64,000 bases of DNA. Origin: a virus. Lineage: Duplodnaviria; Heunggongvirae; Uroviricota; Caudoviricetes. The notes under the pieces are model-generated. The model was given only the letters and a program-made list of their open reading frames with translations. It was not told the DNA's origin and did not search any database. Below, one piece after another: positions 18,015 through 27,503 of the stretch (within the stretch, counting starts at the first letter, position 1; every line of letters begins with the position of its first letter). The stretch lies in the IMG/VR virus record IMGVR_UViG_3300029852_000006. One strand, 5' to 3'. The translations under genes were made by a program, and so were the position numbers.

Positions 18015-19151
18015 ATGAAAATCGTCAACACCGGCATCAAGTACCAGATCTACAATGATTCCCTTCGCACCTTCGATTTCCTGCCCGCCGCCACCTACTG
18101 CGTCCGTTTCTCCAAGCTCAGCGGCTTCTACCTGGAATCCCGCCCCAATATGCAGGTCAACGAAACGGTCTATGGCCCGCATGAATCCAAGGTCGAAAAA
18201 GTTATAGCGTCCTACAACGCTTTCCCGCGTTCTCTTGGCGTCATCCTCAGCGGCGCAAAAGGTATCGGCAAGTCCATGTTTGCCCGCCTGCTCTCCACCC
18301 GCGCCATCTCTGCCGGCTTGCCCGTCCTCATTGTCGATGAAGCCATCCCCGGCATCGCCTCCTACCTCGAATCCATCGACCAGGAAGTCATGATCCTCTT
18401 TGATGAATTCGATAAAACCTTCGCTCACCCCTCCGATGATGATAAAACCGATCCTCAGTCCACCATGCTCTCCCTGTTCGATGGCACCTCCAACGGCAAG
18501 CGCCTCTTCGTTGTCACCTGCAATGATCTCAAAGGTCTCAATGATTTCCTTGTCAACCGTCCCGGCCGCTTCCACTACCACTTCCGCTTCGATTACCCCA
18601 CCGCCGATGAAATCCGCACCTACATGCAGGATAAGCTCAAGCCGGAATATTATGACCAGATCGATGCCGTCATCGGTTTTGCCGGTCGCGTTGACCTCAA
18701 TTATGACTGCCTGCGTTCCATCTCCTTTGAACTCAACACCGGCCTGCCTTTCACGGAAGCCATCAAGGATCTGAACATTGTCAACCTCAACGCTGAGCGC
18801 TATAACATCACCATGAAATTCGCAAACGGTATTGTCTATACCGCCAGCAATGTCCGCCGTGATCTCTTTGACCCCTCCTCGGAAGAATACGTTCGCTTCT
18901 TTAACAAAAACGGCGATTTTATCTTCGAAGTCACCTACAACAATGATTCCGTTCAGTTCGATAAAACCTCCGGTACTCCCTTTGTTGAAGGCAAGGACCT
19001 CACATTTGAATACCGCCACATCTCCGATGATGAACTCTCTGACCCGGATGAAAAGGCTTGCTATGACGCCATCACCCAGATCAAATCCACCACTCCCGCC
19101 GCTCTCGCCTTCCGCCGCACTCGCTCCCGCGATATCCACTACGCCGTCTAA
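18015..19151 (+). CDS. AAA+ family ATPase
   Basis: Walker A 'GAKGIGKS', Walker B 'ILFDEFD', sensor/arginine region 'VVTCNDL...NRPGRFH'. Confidence 0.7.
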   Translation: MKIVNTGIKYQIYNDSLRTFDFLPAATYCVRFSKLSGFYLESRPNMQVNETVYGPHESKVEKVIASYNAFPRSLGVILSGAKGIGKSMFARLLSTRAISAGLPVLIVDEAIPGIASYLESIDQEVMILFDEFDKTFAHPSDDDKTDPQSTMLSLFDGTSNGKRLFVVTCNDLKGLNDFLVNRPGRFHYHFRFDYPTADEIRTYMQDKLKPEYYDQIDAVIGFAGRVDLNYDCLRSISFELNTGLPFTEAIKDLNIVNLNAERYNITMKFANGIVYTASNVRRDLFDPSSEEYVRFFNKNGDFIFEVTYNNDSVQFDKTSGTPFVEGKDLTFEYRHISDDELSDPDEKACYDAITQIKSTTPAALAFRRTRSRDIHYAV

Positions 19152-19163
19152 GGGGGTTGTCCC

Positions 19164-20147
19164 ATGTCCGCCACAAATCCGCTTTACGATGAAGAGCTTC
19201 ACTGCCGTCACTGCGCTTATCATGGCATCAAATGTAAGCGTGCCAATAACATCACTGTCAATCTTGTTTCGAATTGCGCCCATCTTCACTACGGTTCCTA
19301 TCAGGGCATTTGTTCTGATTTTGCTCCCAATCCCAATTACCCGTTCTACTTCAAAAACTGGACAAGCTTCCAGGATTATTTTGATCACGCCGCCCCGGAT
19401 ATCCCCCGTCCCAACCTGGCCGACCAAACTGCCGCCGCTGTTTTCTGTTTCAATGGCGATCGCAGCATTCTTTACTTTGTCAGCCAGAACGATTTTATCT
19501 TCGGCAACCTCTATCAGGATGGTAAGCTCCGCACCGTCTATCGCCAGGTCAAAACCAAAAACATTCATTCTTCGTCCGGCTATTCCTATCCAACCGAAGC
19601 CTGTGATTTCATTCCTCTGCCCCAAGGTGCATCCGTTCCGCTGGAAGCTGTCTTCACCACCCAGCCCGCCTATCCGCCTTTAATCTACACCCCGCCTCTT
19701 ACCCCGGAACAGGATTGTCCTTACCCCTATGATGAAACTTTTACCCCAAAAGTATGGGAAGGCAATGATTTCATGCCGCCGCCCACCGTCTGCCCCTGGG
19801 GTTCCAACGTCCACCGCTGGCTCTCTTATTTTGGCGAAGGCTACACCTCAGCAAAGGATGATTCTCCCCTCGATCTCTACTGTTCTCCGTCCGCTGGCAT
19901 CCGCCTGCAAGTTACTGGTCCCTACTTCTACTTAACGGAAACTCACCCCGGTGCCGAGCTTCTTTTTACCAACAATGAATCCCATCGCAACTTTCTGGCT
20001 CAAGCCTGCACTCTTGCCCACCGCGATATGCCCAGGGACCGTGCCCTGCAACTCCTCTCCCGCACAAAACCGGATTGCAAACTCTGGCAGATTTTGCGTG
20101 CTCACTGCCTGCCCCTTGCCCAGTCCGCCTATGATTTCACCCAATAA
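19164..20147 (+). CDS. hypothetical Cys-rich protein
   Basis: N-terminal CxxC...C.C cluster; IS-like element inserted immediately downstream of its stop. Confidence 0.5.
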   Translation: MSATNPLYDEELHCRHCAYHGIKCKRANNITVNLVSNCAHLHYGSYQGICSDFAPNPNYPFYFKNWTSFQDYFDHAAPDIPRPNLADQTAAAVFCFNGDRSILYFVSQNDFIFGNLYQDGKLRTVYRQVKTKNIHSSSGYSYPTEACDFIPLPQGASVPLEAVFTTQPAYPPLIYTPPLTPEQDCPYPYDETFTPKVWEGNDFMPPPTVCPWGSNVHRWLSYFGEGYTSAKDDSPLDLYCSPSAGIRLQVTGPYFYLTETHPGAELLFTNNESHRNFLAQACTLAHRDMPRDRALQLLSRTKPDCKLWQILRAHCLPLAQSAYDFTQ

Positions 20148-20150
20148 ATC

Positions 20151-20367
20151 GGGTATTTGCAAAAATAGGTGGTTTGAATAAAACCATCTGTTTTTACAAA
20201 TACCACAGGCATTTGGATGTTTGTTGCGCCTATCGATTTTCCCAGTTGATAGCTCCGCACGAGTGGCATTGTCTCGTACAATACCGCTCACAGCAAACAC
20301 CCAGCCAAGGGAAACACAACCTCCTGTTTCAGCAGGAGAGACTTACAGTAAAAGGAGGGTAGCGTAT
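20151..20367 (+). ncRNA. candidate omega-RNA of IscB-1
   Basis: Conserved position of the guide/scaffold RNA immediately 5' of iscB; inferred from family knowledge, not folded here. Confidence 0.35.
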
Positions 20368-21906
20368 ATGCCTACTGTATATGTGTTAAACAAAGATGGT
20401 AAACCTTTGATGCCAACGACTCGCTGTATGCATGTGCGCCATCTCCTTAAGAATGGAAAAGCACGAGTCGTAAAATCAAAACCGTTTACTATCCAGTTGC
20501 TTTATGAAACTGATGATGTAGTTCAACCCCTATATTTGGGTATCGACCCTGGTAGGACCAACATCGGCGTTGCCGTTGTCAAAGCAGACGGGGCGGCGGT
20601 CTTTACTGCGCATCTTGAGACCCGCAATAAGGAAGTCCCTAAGCTGATGAAAAAGCGTAAGGAATCACGCTGCGCAAGACGCACCAACGGCAGACGCTGC
20701 CGCCGTCAGCGGAGAGCAAAAACCAACGGCACTATTTCTAAGAAGTGCGTAAAGCAAACCACTGCTCAAAATGGTAGTGTTAGTAAACGTGCAAAAGAAA
20801 TTGGCGTTATCAAGCGCCATCTTCCGGGTTGTGAGAAAGATGTACTTTGCATTGGTATCAAAAACAAAGAGGCAAAGTTCACCAATCGTGCAAGACCGGA
20901 AGGATGGCTTACGCCTACTGCAAATCAGTTGCTACAGACACACATCAACTTGGTGAAGAAAATTCAGAAGTTTCTTCCTATCAGTGATGTTGTGCTTGAA
21001 GTCAACAAATTTGCGTTCATGCAGCTTGACAACCCTAACATTCAGAAATGGCAGTATCAGCAAGGCCCACTCTACCAAAAAGGGAGCCTTGAAAATGCTG
21101 TTTCTGAAATGCAGGAACACCATTGCCTATTTTGTGAGAAGCCCATTGAACATTACCATCATGTAGTACCAAAATCCGAAAACGGTAGCAACACTATCGC
21201 CAATATTGTTGGTCTATGCACGGAGCATCACAATCTCGTTCATAAGGATGCTACCTGGCAAAAGAAACTCGCCAAAGAAAAAGTCGGACTCGTCAAAAAG
21301 TACAGTGCTTTGAGCGTATTGAATCAAATCATTCCGGCATTGACGAAAGAGATGAATTCTCTTTTTCCGAAGCATTTCTTTGTGACCAATGGTAAAAGTA
21401 CCTACGACTATCGTACAGCGCACGGTGTGAGTAAAGACCATTGGCTTGATGCTTATTGCATTGCCTGTTCTGTTTTACCCAACGATGTTTGTGATAGCAA
21501 TATAAACAGCCATGTGCCATACGAATTAAAGCAGTTCCGCCGCCATGATAGAAGAGTGCTACACAAAGCGAACATGAGCCGCGTGTACACACTCAATGGC
21601 AAAACAGTGGCAACGAATCGCCACAAGGCTATTAAACAGACTACCGACAGTTTGGAAGAGTTTCGTCAAAGCCATCCAGGTGATGTTTGCAAGCTCAAGG
21701 TGAAAGAGCATCATCCTGCATATAGAAACTTGAACCGTAACTATCCAGGAAGTGTATTTCTTGTTGACGGGCAAGTTCATGTGATGCAAGGAGTTAGCGG
21801 CTCACATAATGGCAAAGCAGATGGATATTACAATACGAATGGCAACGCATATCCATATTATAAATGTAAATTTGTTGTCAAAAACGAAGGAATTGTATTT
21901 GCATAA
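20368..21906 (+). CDS. iscB: IscB (OMEGA RNA-guided nuclease, Cas9 ancestor)
   Basis: N-terminal PLMP motif (GKPLMPT), RuvC-I 'LGIDPGRTNIGVAVV', HNH 'CLFCEKPIEHYHHVVPKSENGSNTIANIVGLCTEHH', RuvC-III 'HWLDAYCIA'. RBS AAAGGAGGG before ATG 20368. Confidence 0.8.
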   Translation: MPTVYVLNKDGKPLMPTTRCMHVRHLLKNGKARVVKSKPFTIQLLYETDDVVQPLYLGIDPGRTNIGVAVVKADGAAVFTAHLETRNKEVPKLMKKRKESRCARRTNGRRCRRQRRAKTNGTISKKCVKQTTAQNGSVSKRAKEIGVIKRHLPGCEKDVLCIGIKNKEAKFTNRARPEGWLTPTANQLLQTHINLVKKIQKFLPISDVVLEVNKFAFMQLDNPNIQKWQYQQGPLYQKGSLENAVSEMQEHHCLFCEKPIEHYHHVVPKSENGSNTIANIVGLCTEHHNLVHKDATWQKKLAKEKVGLVKKYSALSVLNQIIPALTKEMNSLFPKHFFVTNGKSTYDYRTAHGVSKDHWLDAYCIACSVLPNDVCDSNINSHVPYELKQFRRHDRRVLHKANMSRVYTLNGKTVATNRHKAIKQTTDSLEEFRQSHPGDVCKLKVKEHHPAYRNLNRNYPGSVFLVDGQVHVMQGVSGSHNGKADGYYNTNGNAYPYYKCKFVVKNEGIVFA

Positions 21907-21990
21907 ATTAGTAGACCACCTATTTTCAAATAGAAAATCACCTAATTTTGCAAATACCCAAATCCAACAAGGAGCTGACCCACTCCCTTC

Positions 21991-22197
21991 ATGTCTTCCC
22001 GTCTTGATCCTCTTGCCCGCAATTATTATCGCCGCAACAACTACCGGCAAACAGCCGGCTACCCCAAGCGTGAATGGACGACCGAGGAAATGAATCTTAT
22101 CCTCGTCCACTCCATCCCCGACCGTCAGCTTTCTGCCCGTCTTCAGCGCAGCGTCCAGTCCATCCAGGTCATGCGCTGCCGTCTTCGTTCCAAATAG
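21991..22197 (+). CDS. small putative DNA-binding protein (Myb/sigma-region-4-like helix pattern)
   Basis: 'WTTEEMNLIL...LSARLQRSVQSIQVMRCRL' helix-turn-helix-like pattern; weak. Confidence 0.3.
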   Translation: MSSRLDPLARNYYRRNNYRQTAGYPKREWTTEEMNLILVHSIPDRQLSARLQRSVQSIQVMRCRLRSK

Positions 22198-22231
22198 ATT
22201 TCAATTTTCAAAATCCAAGGAGGTAACAATT

Positions 22232-22615
22232 ATGTTAGGTGGTTTTGGTTTAATTCTCGGTATCGCTGGTTTGTTCGGTTCTGCCGCTGCAGCTGGTTAC
22301 ACATCCAATGATATTAAAGATTTTAATGCCCTCGGTGCCTATCAGCGCTCCATCTCAGAACCCACCCCGGAAGAAAAAGCCATCTATGAAAAATGGCGCG
22401 GCAAAACGTTTAATCAGCGGCATGAAGCTTTTTCAATGCTTGCAGGGGAACATCACGTTGATTGTGCCGATGCCAAACGTATCTGGTGGCAGCATATCTT
22501 CGAGGATGAAAAAGTTGAGGTCAATCCCAACTATCTCGACCGTATCAGCGGCGTGCATGATCGCGCTCTGACCTATAAGGCAGAACAAATCGGCAAAAAG
22601 CGCCGCGGCTGGTAA
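22232..22615 (+). CDS. small membrane-anchored protein
   Basis: N-terminal TM 'LGGFGLILGIAGLFGSAAAAG'; RBS AAGGAGG. Confidence 0.45.
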   Translation: MLGGFGLILGIAGLFGSAAAAGYTSNDIKDFNALGAYQRSISEPTPEEKAIYEKWRGKTFNQRHEAFSMLAGEHHVDCADAKRIWWQHIFEDEKVEVNPNYLDRISGVHDRALTYKAEQIGKKRRGW

Positions 22616-22630
22616 GGCAGGTGAATCCTT

Positions 22631-23041
22631 ATGCCCATCAAATTTCTTCTCCTCCTCTTTATGTTTTTCTCCCACCTCATTGCCGATTACAATCTTCAGG
22701 GCATCCTCGCCGATCTCAAGCAGCGTTTGTGGTGGGACCTCAAGTACTCCAAGGTGTTCGTTCAGGAACACTATCCTGTTGATTACATCACCGCCCTCAT
22801 CGAACATTCCTTCATGTGGTCAACCTGCATTACGATCCCGCTTCTGGTTTACTCTCTGTTCTTCCCCTATAACCCCCATGCAATCGCCTATTTCTGTTCC
22901 TCCATTCTTACTAATACCGGTTTTCATGCTATTATTGACCACCAAAAAGCAAACGAAGGTTCTATCTCTCTTACCACCGACCGGCTCCTTCATACCGGTC
23001 AAATCTTTTTTACCTGGCTGTTCTTCGTTTTGTCCTATTAA
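22631..23041 (+). CDS. integral membrane protein
   Basis: Three or more hydrophobic segments. Confidence 0.45.
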   Translation: MPIKFLLLLFMFFSHLIADYNLQGILADLKQRLWWDLKYSKVFVQEHYPVDYITALIEHSFMWSTCITIPLLVYSLFFPYNPHAIAYFCSSILTNTGFHAIIDHQKANEGSISLTTDRLLHTGQIFFTWLFFVLSY

Positions 23042-23105
23042 AAAAAATAAAAACCAGGGTCGCAAAACCCTGGCGTACATCCTCCCATTCAAAGGAGCGT
23101 TGCTT

Positions 23106-23672
23106 ATGAATTCTATCCCTCAGTCCTCCCAACAGCTTGTTGAACTGCTCAAATCCAAATCTCTTCACATCTCTGCTGCCGTAAGCTGCACCGCCGGCCT
23201 CTTCTCTTCCTCTCTCGCCAGCATCCCCGGCGCATCCAGCGTCATGGAGTATGGCTTTGTCACCTACTCTGCCGCTGCCAAAATGAACCTTGTCTCTGTC
23301 AAACCGGACACCATCAAGAATTACACTGTTTATTCCGGTCCTGTCGCCGCCCAAATGGCAATCGGCGCAGCTCAAAAATCTGGCGCAGAGCTTGGCGTTG
23401 GCATCACCGGCATTGCAGGTCCTCATGCAGAATCTCAGCCTGCCGGCACTGTCTATATCGCCGTGGCCAATTCGGAGATTCAAAATGTTTTCGTCCGCCG
23501 CTATCTTTTTCAGGATCACGACCGCAACATCATCCGCCAAAAAGCCGTCCTTGCTGCCATGGATCTTGTCACCGCCGTCATCACTTCCACCGGCCGCCAG
23601 CCCCACTTTGCCTGGTCTTGCAGCTCTGCTATCATCCATACCGTAACCGAATCCAAAACCCACTCATTCTAA
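23106..23672 (+). CDS. CinA C-terminal domain / PncC-like NMN deamidase
   Basis: 'ISAAVSCTAGL...SSVMEYGFVTYSAAAK...ELGVGITGIAGP...GTVYIA' matches the CinA-C/PncC family. RBS AAAGGAG before ATG 23106 (six-frame ORF extends upstream to 22680). Confidence 0.6.
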   Translation: MNSIPQSSQQLVELLKSKSLHISAAVSCTAGLFSSSLASIPGASSVMEYGFVTYSAAAKMNLVSVKPDTIKNYTVYSGPVAAQMAIGAAQKSGAELGVGITGIAGPHAESQPAGTVYIAVANSEIQNVFVRRYLFQDHDRNIIRQKAVLAAMDLVTAVITSTGRQPHFAWSCSSAIIHTVTESKTHSF

Positions 23673-23701
23673 TCACTATATAATAAGGTAGGTAATTTGC
23701 T

Positions 23702-23977
23702 ATGAATAGAGAACGCCGCTCCAGAATTCGCAGTCTTATCAAGGCTTTCAAGGATCTCTCCTCCACCATCCAGGACGATCTTTCCTCCCAGGTTCAAGAC
23801 CTGCATGATCTTGAGGAAGAAGCCTTCGATAATATGCCGGAGTCTATGCAGGATTCCGACCGCGGCATCGCCATGCAGGATGCCATGGATGAACTTCAGT
23901 CCGCTGTTGATCTCTGTTCCGAAGCCTCCGATGCCATTTATTCTATCGTGGATTCTTTACAGTCCGCTGCAGGATGA
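23702..23977 (+). CDS. small acidic hypothetical protein
   Basis: ORF with strongly acidic composition. Confidence 0.4.
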   Translation: MNRERRSRIRSLIKAFKDLSSTIQDDLSSQVQDLHDLEEEAFDNMPESMQDSDRGIAMQDAMDELQSAVDLCSEASDAIYSIVDSLQSAAG

Positions 23978-24195
23978 TTTTCCCTCCCCATCAGGTAGTC
24001 TACTGTGCAGTGCATCTCGTCCGCCAATACACCCAGCGCCCAAAACCCTGGGTAATTGATTCCGTTCTCCCACCCCATCACGGTGTGGGTTCCGCATCGC
24101 AGTCGCTCTGCCAGTTCCCGCTGGCTTATCCCGTTTGCCTTGCGCCACTCTCGTATAATTTGCCCAATCTCCATATTTTCGTGTCCTCTTTTCAA
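23938..24195 (-). CDS. XRE-family HTH transcriptional regulator (Cro/CI-like)
   Basis: 'IREWRKANGISQRELAERLRCGTHTVMGWENG' classic XRE HTH; divergent from + strand genes, sharing a promoter region (24196-24344) with an extended -10 TGTGCTATACT. Confidence 0.7.
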   Translation of the reverse strand: MKRGHENMEIGQIIREWRKANGISQRELAERLRCGTHTVMGWENGINYPGFWALGVLADEMHCTVDYLMGRENHPAADCKESTIE

Positions 24196-24344
24196 TGTTA
24201 GTACAGGTTTCCGTTCTAGTATCTTGAATTCCTTTGTGCTATACTCGCATTATACAACAAATGGTTGTCAATTACAACTATTGGGATTAAATTCTCACCA
24301 TTTTCCAGTCCATCTTTTCGGACGTCAATGAATAAGGAGGAGCC

Positions 24345-24680
24345 ATGAACACACAAACTATCACCCTTGCCCAGCTTGCCACCGCCTGCCAAAACGCAGC
24401 CTACATCAATGTCCACCTCTACACCCCGGCCATGTCTTCCCTCTCCACCTTCAAGCCAGATCAAATCCGCTTCATGTCCGCCTCCACCGGCGTCCCGCTG
24501 CTTCGCTTCCAAAGCAAAACCAGCACAATCGTCCTGCAGGCTCTCAGCATTCAGGCCGCCGTCACCCCCAGCACCCCCGGCAACGAGATCCCTTTTGGCC
24601 GTTGTACCTACTCCTACACCACTTATGATTTCGCCTTAGATGGTGTAAATTATTCCGTAAATATTTTTCAAAAATCTTGA
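24345..24680 (+). CDS. hypothetical protein (111 aa)
   Basis: RBS AAGGAGGAG. Confidence 0.45.
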   Translation: MNTQTITLAQLATACQNAAYINVHLYTPAMSSLSTFKPDQIRFMSASTGVPLLRFQSKTSTIVLQALSIQAAVTPSTPGNEIPFGRCTYSYTTYDFALDGVNYSVNIFQKS

Positions 24681-24764
24681 ATTTTACTGTTGACTTCTTG
24701 TAAGTAACGTGGTATGATAATATCACAAGGTAAGCAATAAATAAGTAAAGGAGGTTTCCCCGCT

Positions 24765-25184
24765 ATGTTCAAACCCAGTACCTCGGTTCCCAAATTTGGC
24801 GAAATCCGGCTGGGCTGTGCTCCGCAAGACCATGCCCTGCTCGGTACGCACAAGTACGTTGGTATTCATCCCTATCTGGTCGTCAGCAATGATGTTTATA
24901 ACAAATTCAGCGGCCAGTGTGATGTCATCCCCTTCACCACCAAGCGCTTTGCAAGTGCCAGTCCAACGCATGTTGATTACCCAGCCGGTTCCATCCGCGG
25001 CCTAACGCGGGATTCTACCCTCGTGGTCGAAGCGCGGGATACCCTCCTGAACTCTCAGCTTGGTGAACCGATTGCCCGCTTCTCGGATGAAAACTGGCAG
25101 CGGGCCAAAAAAGCTTTCCTCACTCAAAATCCATTCCTTACCCGCTGGATCATCCCGGAACCCCGCCCAACACCGGTTGCATAG
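24765..25184 (+). CDS. MazF/PemK/EndoA-family endoribonuclease toxin-like protein
   Basis: Aligns by eye to B. subtilis EndoA: 'GIHPYLVVSNDVYNKFSGQCDVIPFTT...SPTHVDYPAGSIRGLTRDSTLVVEARDT' vs 'RPVLVIQNDIGNRFSPTAIVAAIT...[27 protein letters not shown]'. Preceded by strong promoter TTGACT-17-TATGATAAT. Confidence 0.75.
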   Translation: MFKPSTSVPKFGEIRLGCAPQDHALLGTHKYVGIHPYLVVSNDVYNKFSGQCDVIPFTTKRFASASPTHVDYPAGSIRGLTRDSTLVVEARDTLLNSQLGEPIARFSDENWQRAKKAFLTQNPFLTRWIIPEPRPTPVA

Positions 25185-25247
25185 TTTTTCTTTGCATTTC
25201 CTGTCTACATACGTTATACTATAAATAACTAGAAAGGCAGGATCTGT

Positions 25248-26357
25248 ATGGGCAAAACTATTATCGATCGGTATAACAATGATTCTGTTCGTATTGATCG
25301 TTATCAGCAACTTATCTCTGATATTACCAATGCTTATATTACGGTCAATCACGGCAAAACCGTTCCGCAGTATATCCAAAAAATCATTCCCCGGCTTTCC
25401 TACACGCTCGAAACATATGAGCATCAGTACGGCACCCGGTTTGAATCCTTTTCCTATCAGCAGTACGCATCGTTTTATAAGCAGGCAATCATCGGCAACT
25501 CGGCAAGTGCAGTTATCAACCGCAACAAGCTGGTCCTTCTCTCCTGTTACCTGGATTACCTGGTTCTTCAAAACGTTATCACACTGGATCAGTCAACAGG
25601 TCATCCGTTCCGTCAGTTTCTTCAGATGTCACCGGCTGATAATGAGGACGATTCTCAAATTCCGTCCAAGCCATCCCTCACTACCGTTTCCAATCCCAGC
25701 AAACCCACTCTGCAGCAGTCCCTTGATTCCTATTCTCAGCAGATGCTCTTTTCTGATGAAGAATTTGAATCTCTGCTGGAAGCTATCTTTAATAACAGCG
25801 ATCTGGACTGTATGCCCCGTGCAATCTATACCCTTGCCTGGTGCGGTGTGGAGGTCAAAAACATTGCTCTTATCAAAAAAGCGGATGTCGATCTTACCCG
25901 TATGGTAATTTACGCCACCGAACAAAATCACCTCCCGCAGGATATTGTGATTTCTTCCTCTTTCTGCTGTATCAACCTTGAAAAAGCCATGCTTGCGCAA
26001 GGTATCCTGGTACCCAATCGTACCGGTATGCGTGAAGTATCGTTTTTTGGCCGCGATGATTATGTGATCCGCGGTGTAAAAGGCGCCAACAAGGCCGAAA
26101 CGCCGGACCCGGACGCCAGCGGTTTTTATATCGTCAATAACATCAACCGCGTCTATTCTCAGCGCCAAGAACAGCTCCCGGTGAACAATCCCTTCAAAAA
26201 CAAAAAAGTTCTCGTCAGCTCTTGTTATAAATCCGGCCGGTTCCTGCGGCTCTTCAAAACACAACAGCTGTCAGAAAAACTCTGGGGCGTTTATAGCAAT
26301 GATTTCGTTTACTCTTACAAAAAGTGGCTGTCTTACAAGCAGCTCAACTTAAAATAA
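25248..26357 (+). CDS. hypothetical protein; weak resemblance to tyrosine-recombinase N-terminal/core-binding region
   Basis: 'LAWCGVEVKNIALIKKADVDL' arm-like segment but no R..HxxR..Y catalytic motifs found. Confidence 0.4.
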   Translation: MGKTIIDRYNNDSVRIDRYQQLISDITNAYITVNHGKTVPQYIQKIIPRLSYTLETYEHQYGTRFESFSYQQYASFYKQAIIGNSASAVINRNKLVLLSCYLDYLVLQNVITLDQSTGHPFRQFLQMSPADNEDDSQIPSKPSLTTVSNPSKPTLQQSLDSYSQQMLFSDEEFESLLEAIFNNSDLDCMPRAIYTLAWCGVEVKNIALIKKADVDLTRMVIYATEQNHLPQDIVISSSFCCINLEKAMLAQGILVPNRTGMREVSFFGRDDYVIRGVKGANKAETPDPDASGFYIVNNINRVYSQRQEQLPVNNPFKNKKVLVSSCYKSGRFLRLFKTQQLSEKLWGVYSNDFVYSYKKWLSYKQLNLK

Positions 26358-26406
26358 TTTTTCTCATCGTGGGGCATCGTCGTCCCACATTTTTACGGGC
26401 GCTATA

Positions 26407-26424
26407 TTACAAGTTTTCGCAAAC
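26407..26424 (+). promoter_or_regulatory. conserved motif TTACAAGTTTTCGCAAAC (copy 2 of 3)
   Basis: Identical 18-mer to 3156-3173, 24 nt upstream of RBS of gene 26448. Confidence 0.45.
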
Positions 26425-26447
26425 ACTATTTTCAGGAGGTTTTTCCC

Positions 26448-27098
26448 ATGACTACCGAATCCATGTCCATTCACCGCGCTCTGGTGGAACTCAAAACTAT
26501 TGATTCCCGGATCATCAAAAAGATCGATTCCGCCAAGTTCTGTGTCGCCGCCAAAGCCAAAGCTACCAAGCTCGGTGCAATCACGGTGGATGAATTCAAA
26601 ACATCTGCTCAGGCCAGTTATGATTCCGCTATGGATCTCATCAATCGCCGCAACGCCATCAAGGCCGCTGTCTCAAAGTCCAACGCGGTCACAGAAATTT
26701 CAGTGAACAATAAAACTTATACCGTGGCCGAAGCCATCTCTCTCAAGCAGCACGGCATGGAATACCTGGACTACCTGCGCAGCCATATTCAGGCCCAGTA
26801 TTCAAACGAAACCTCTCAGATCACCTCCGCCAATCTCCGTGTGGAAGCCAAGGCCGATGATATGGTCAAATCGATCTGCGGCGGCGATTCCAAAACCAAG
26901 GATGCCGATCCTGAAACTGTCGCCAAGATCCGCAACACCTATCTTGAACAGAACTCCATGGAGCTGGTCGATGGCCTCACCAAAGGCTGTACTCAAATCA
27001 TTGAAGACCTGCAGTCCCAGATCAATTCCTTCAACAACGAAATTGATTCCGCCCTCTCTGTTTCCAACGCCATTACCCAGATCACATTCAGCTACTAA
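26448..27098 (+). CDS. hypothetical protein (216 aa)
   Basis: RBS AGGAGG. Confidence 0.5.
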   Translation: MTTESMSIHRALVELKTIDSRIIKKIDSAKFCVAAKAKATKLGAITVDEFKTSAQASYDSAMDLINRRNAIKAAVSKSNAVTEISVNNKTYTVAEAISLKQHGMEYLDYLRSHIQAQYSNETSQITSANLRVEAKADDMVKSICGGDSKTKDADPETVAKIRNTYLEQNSMELVDGLTKGCTQIIEDLQSQINSFNNEIDSALSVSNAITQITFSY

Positions 27099-27503
27099 GC
27101 TGTTTTGATACCATTTGCCTGTATACCGAAAGCGTCAAACCACAAGCCGCTTTGTCCGCTGTGGAATAATGACAAAGTTAAAACTATAAACACCTGTTCC
27201 ACGATCATTAGAATTATGATAAAAATATTGGTTCATTCTTTGTGGCTGCATTTTTGTATGCCCAGCCCATCAGAATGAATGTTTTGCCCGGAAAGTTTAA
27301 TGCTTAACGCTTAAACCTCAACGCTCAAATTTCAAACCTTATTTTTCATCAAAGTTTATTCTTCAACCCCCAAGGCTCAAGGCTCTATTAAATCCTTGGC
27401 GCAAGGTCATGTGCATGGCTGTGTCGGCACCTCGCTGTCCTCAAGGCTGGTACATGGGCAACGTGCGAAGGCGGTAGCACGTTAAAACAATCCGCCCTGG
27501 TAA

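Larger units (their letters stand above)
20151..21959 (+). mobile_element. non-autonomous IS200/IS605-like element carrying iscB and its upstream omega-RNA region (no tnpA)
   Basis: Left end 'gggtatttgcaaaaataggtggt' and right end 'accacctattt...ttttgcaaataccc' are reverse complements of each other; imperfect subterminal hairpins at both ends; ~215-nt noncoding leader before iscB. Confidence 0.6.

Noticed and set aside
22680-23105. Long N-terminal extension of the CinA-like ORF (six-frame ORF 22680-23672, 330 aa)
   Set aside because: The extension overlaps the membrane-protein gene 22631-23041 in another frame and is low-complexity (S/P/T-rich). An RBS and ATG at 23106 coincide with the start of CinA-C homology.
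25248-26357. Phage integrase (tyrosine recombinase)
   Set aside because: Only a vague arm-like segment was found. The R...HxxR...Y catalytic residues could not be located, so it is left as hypothetical.
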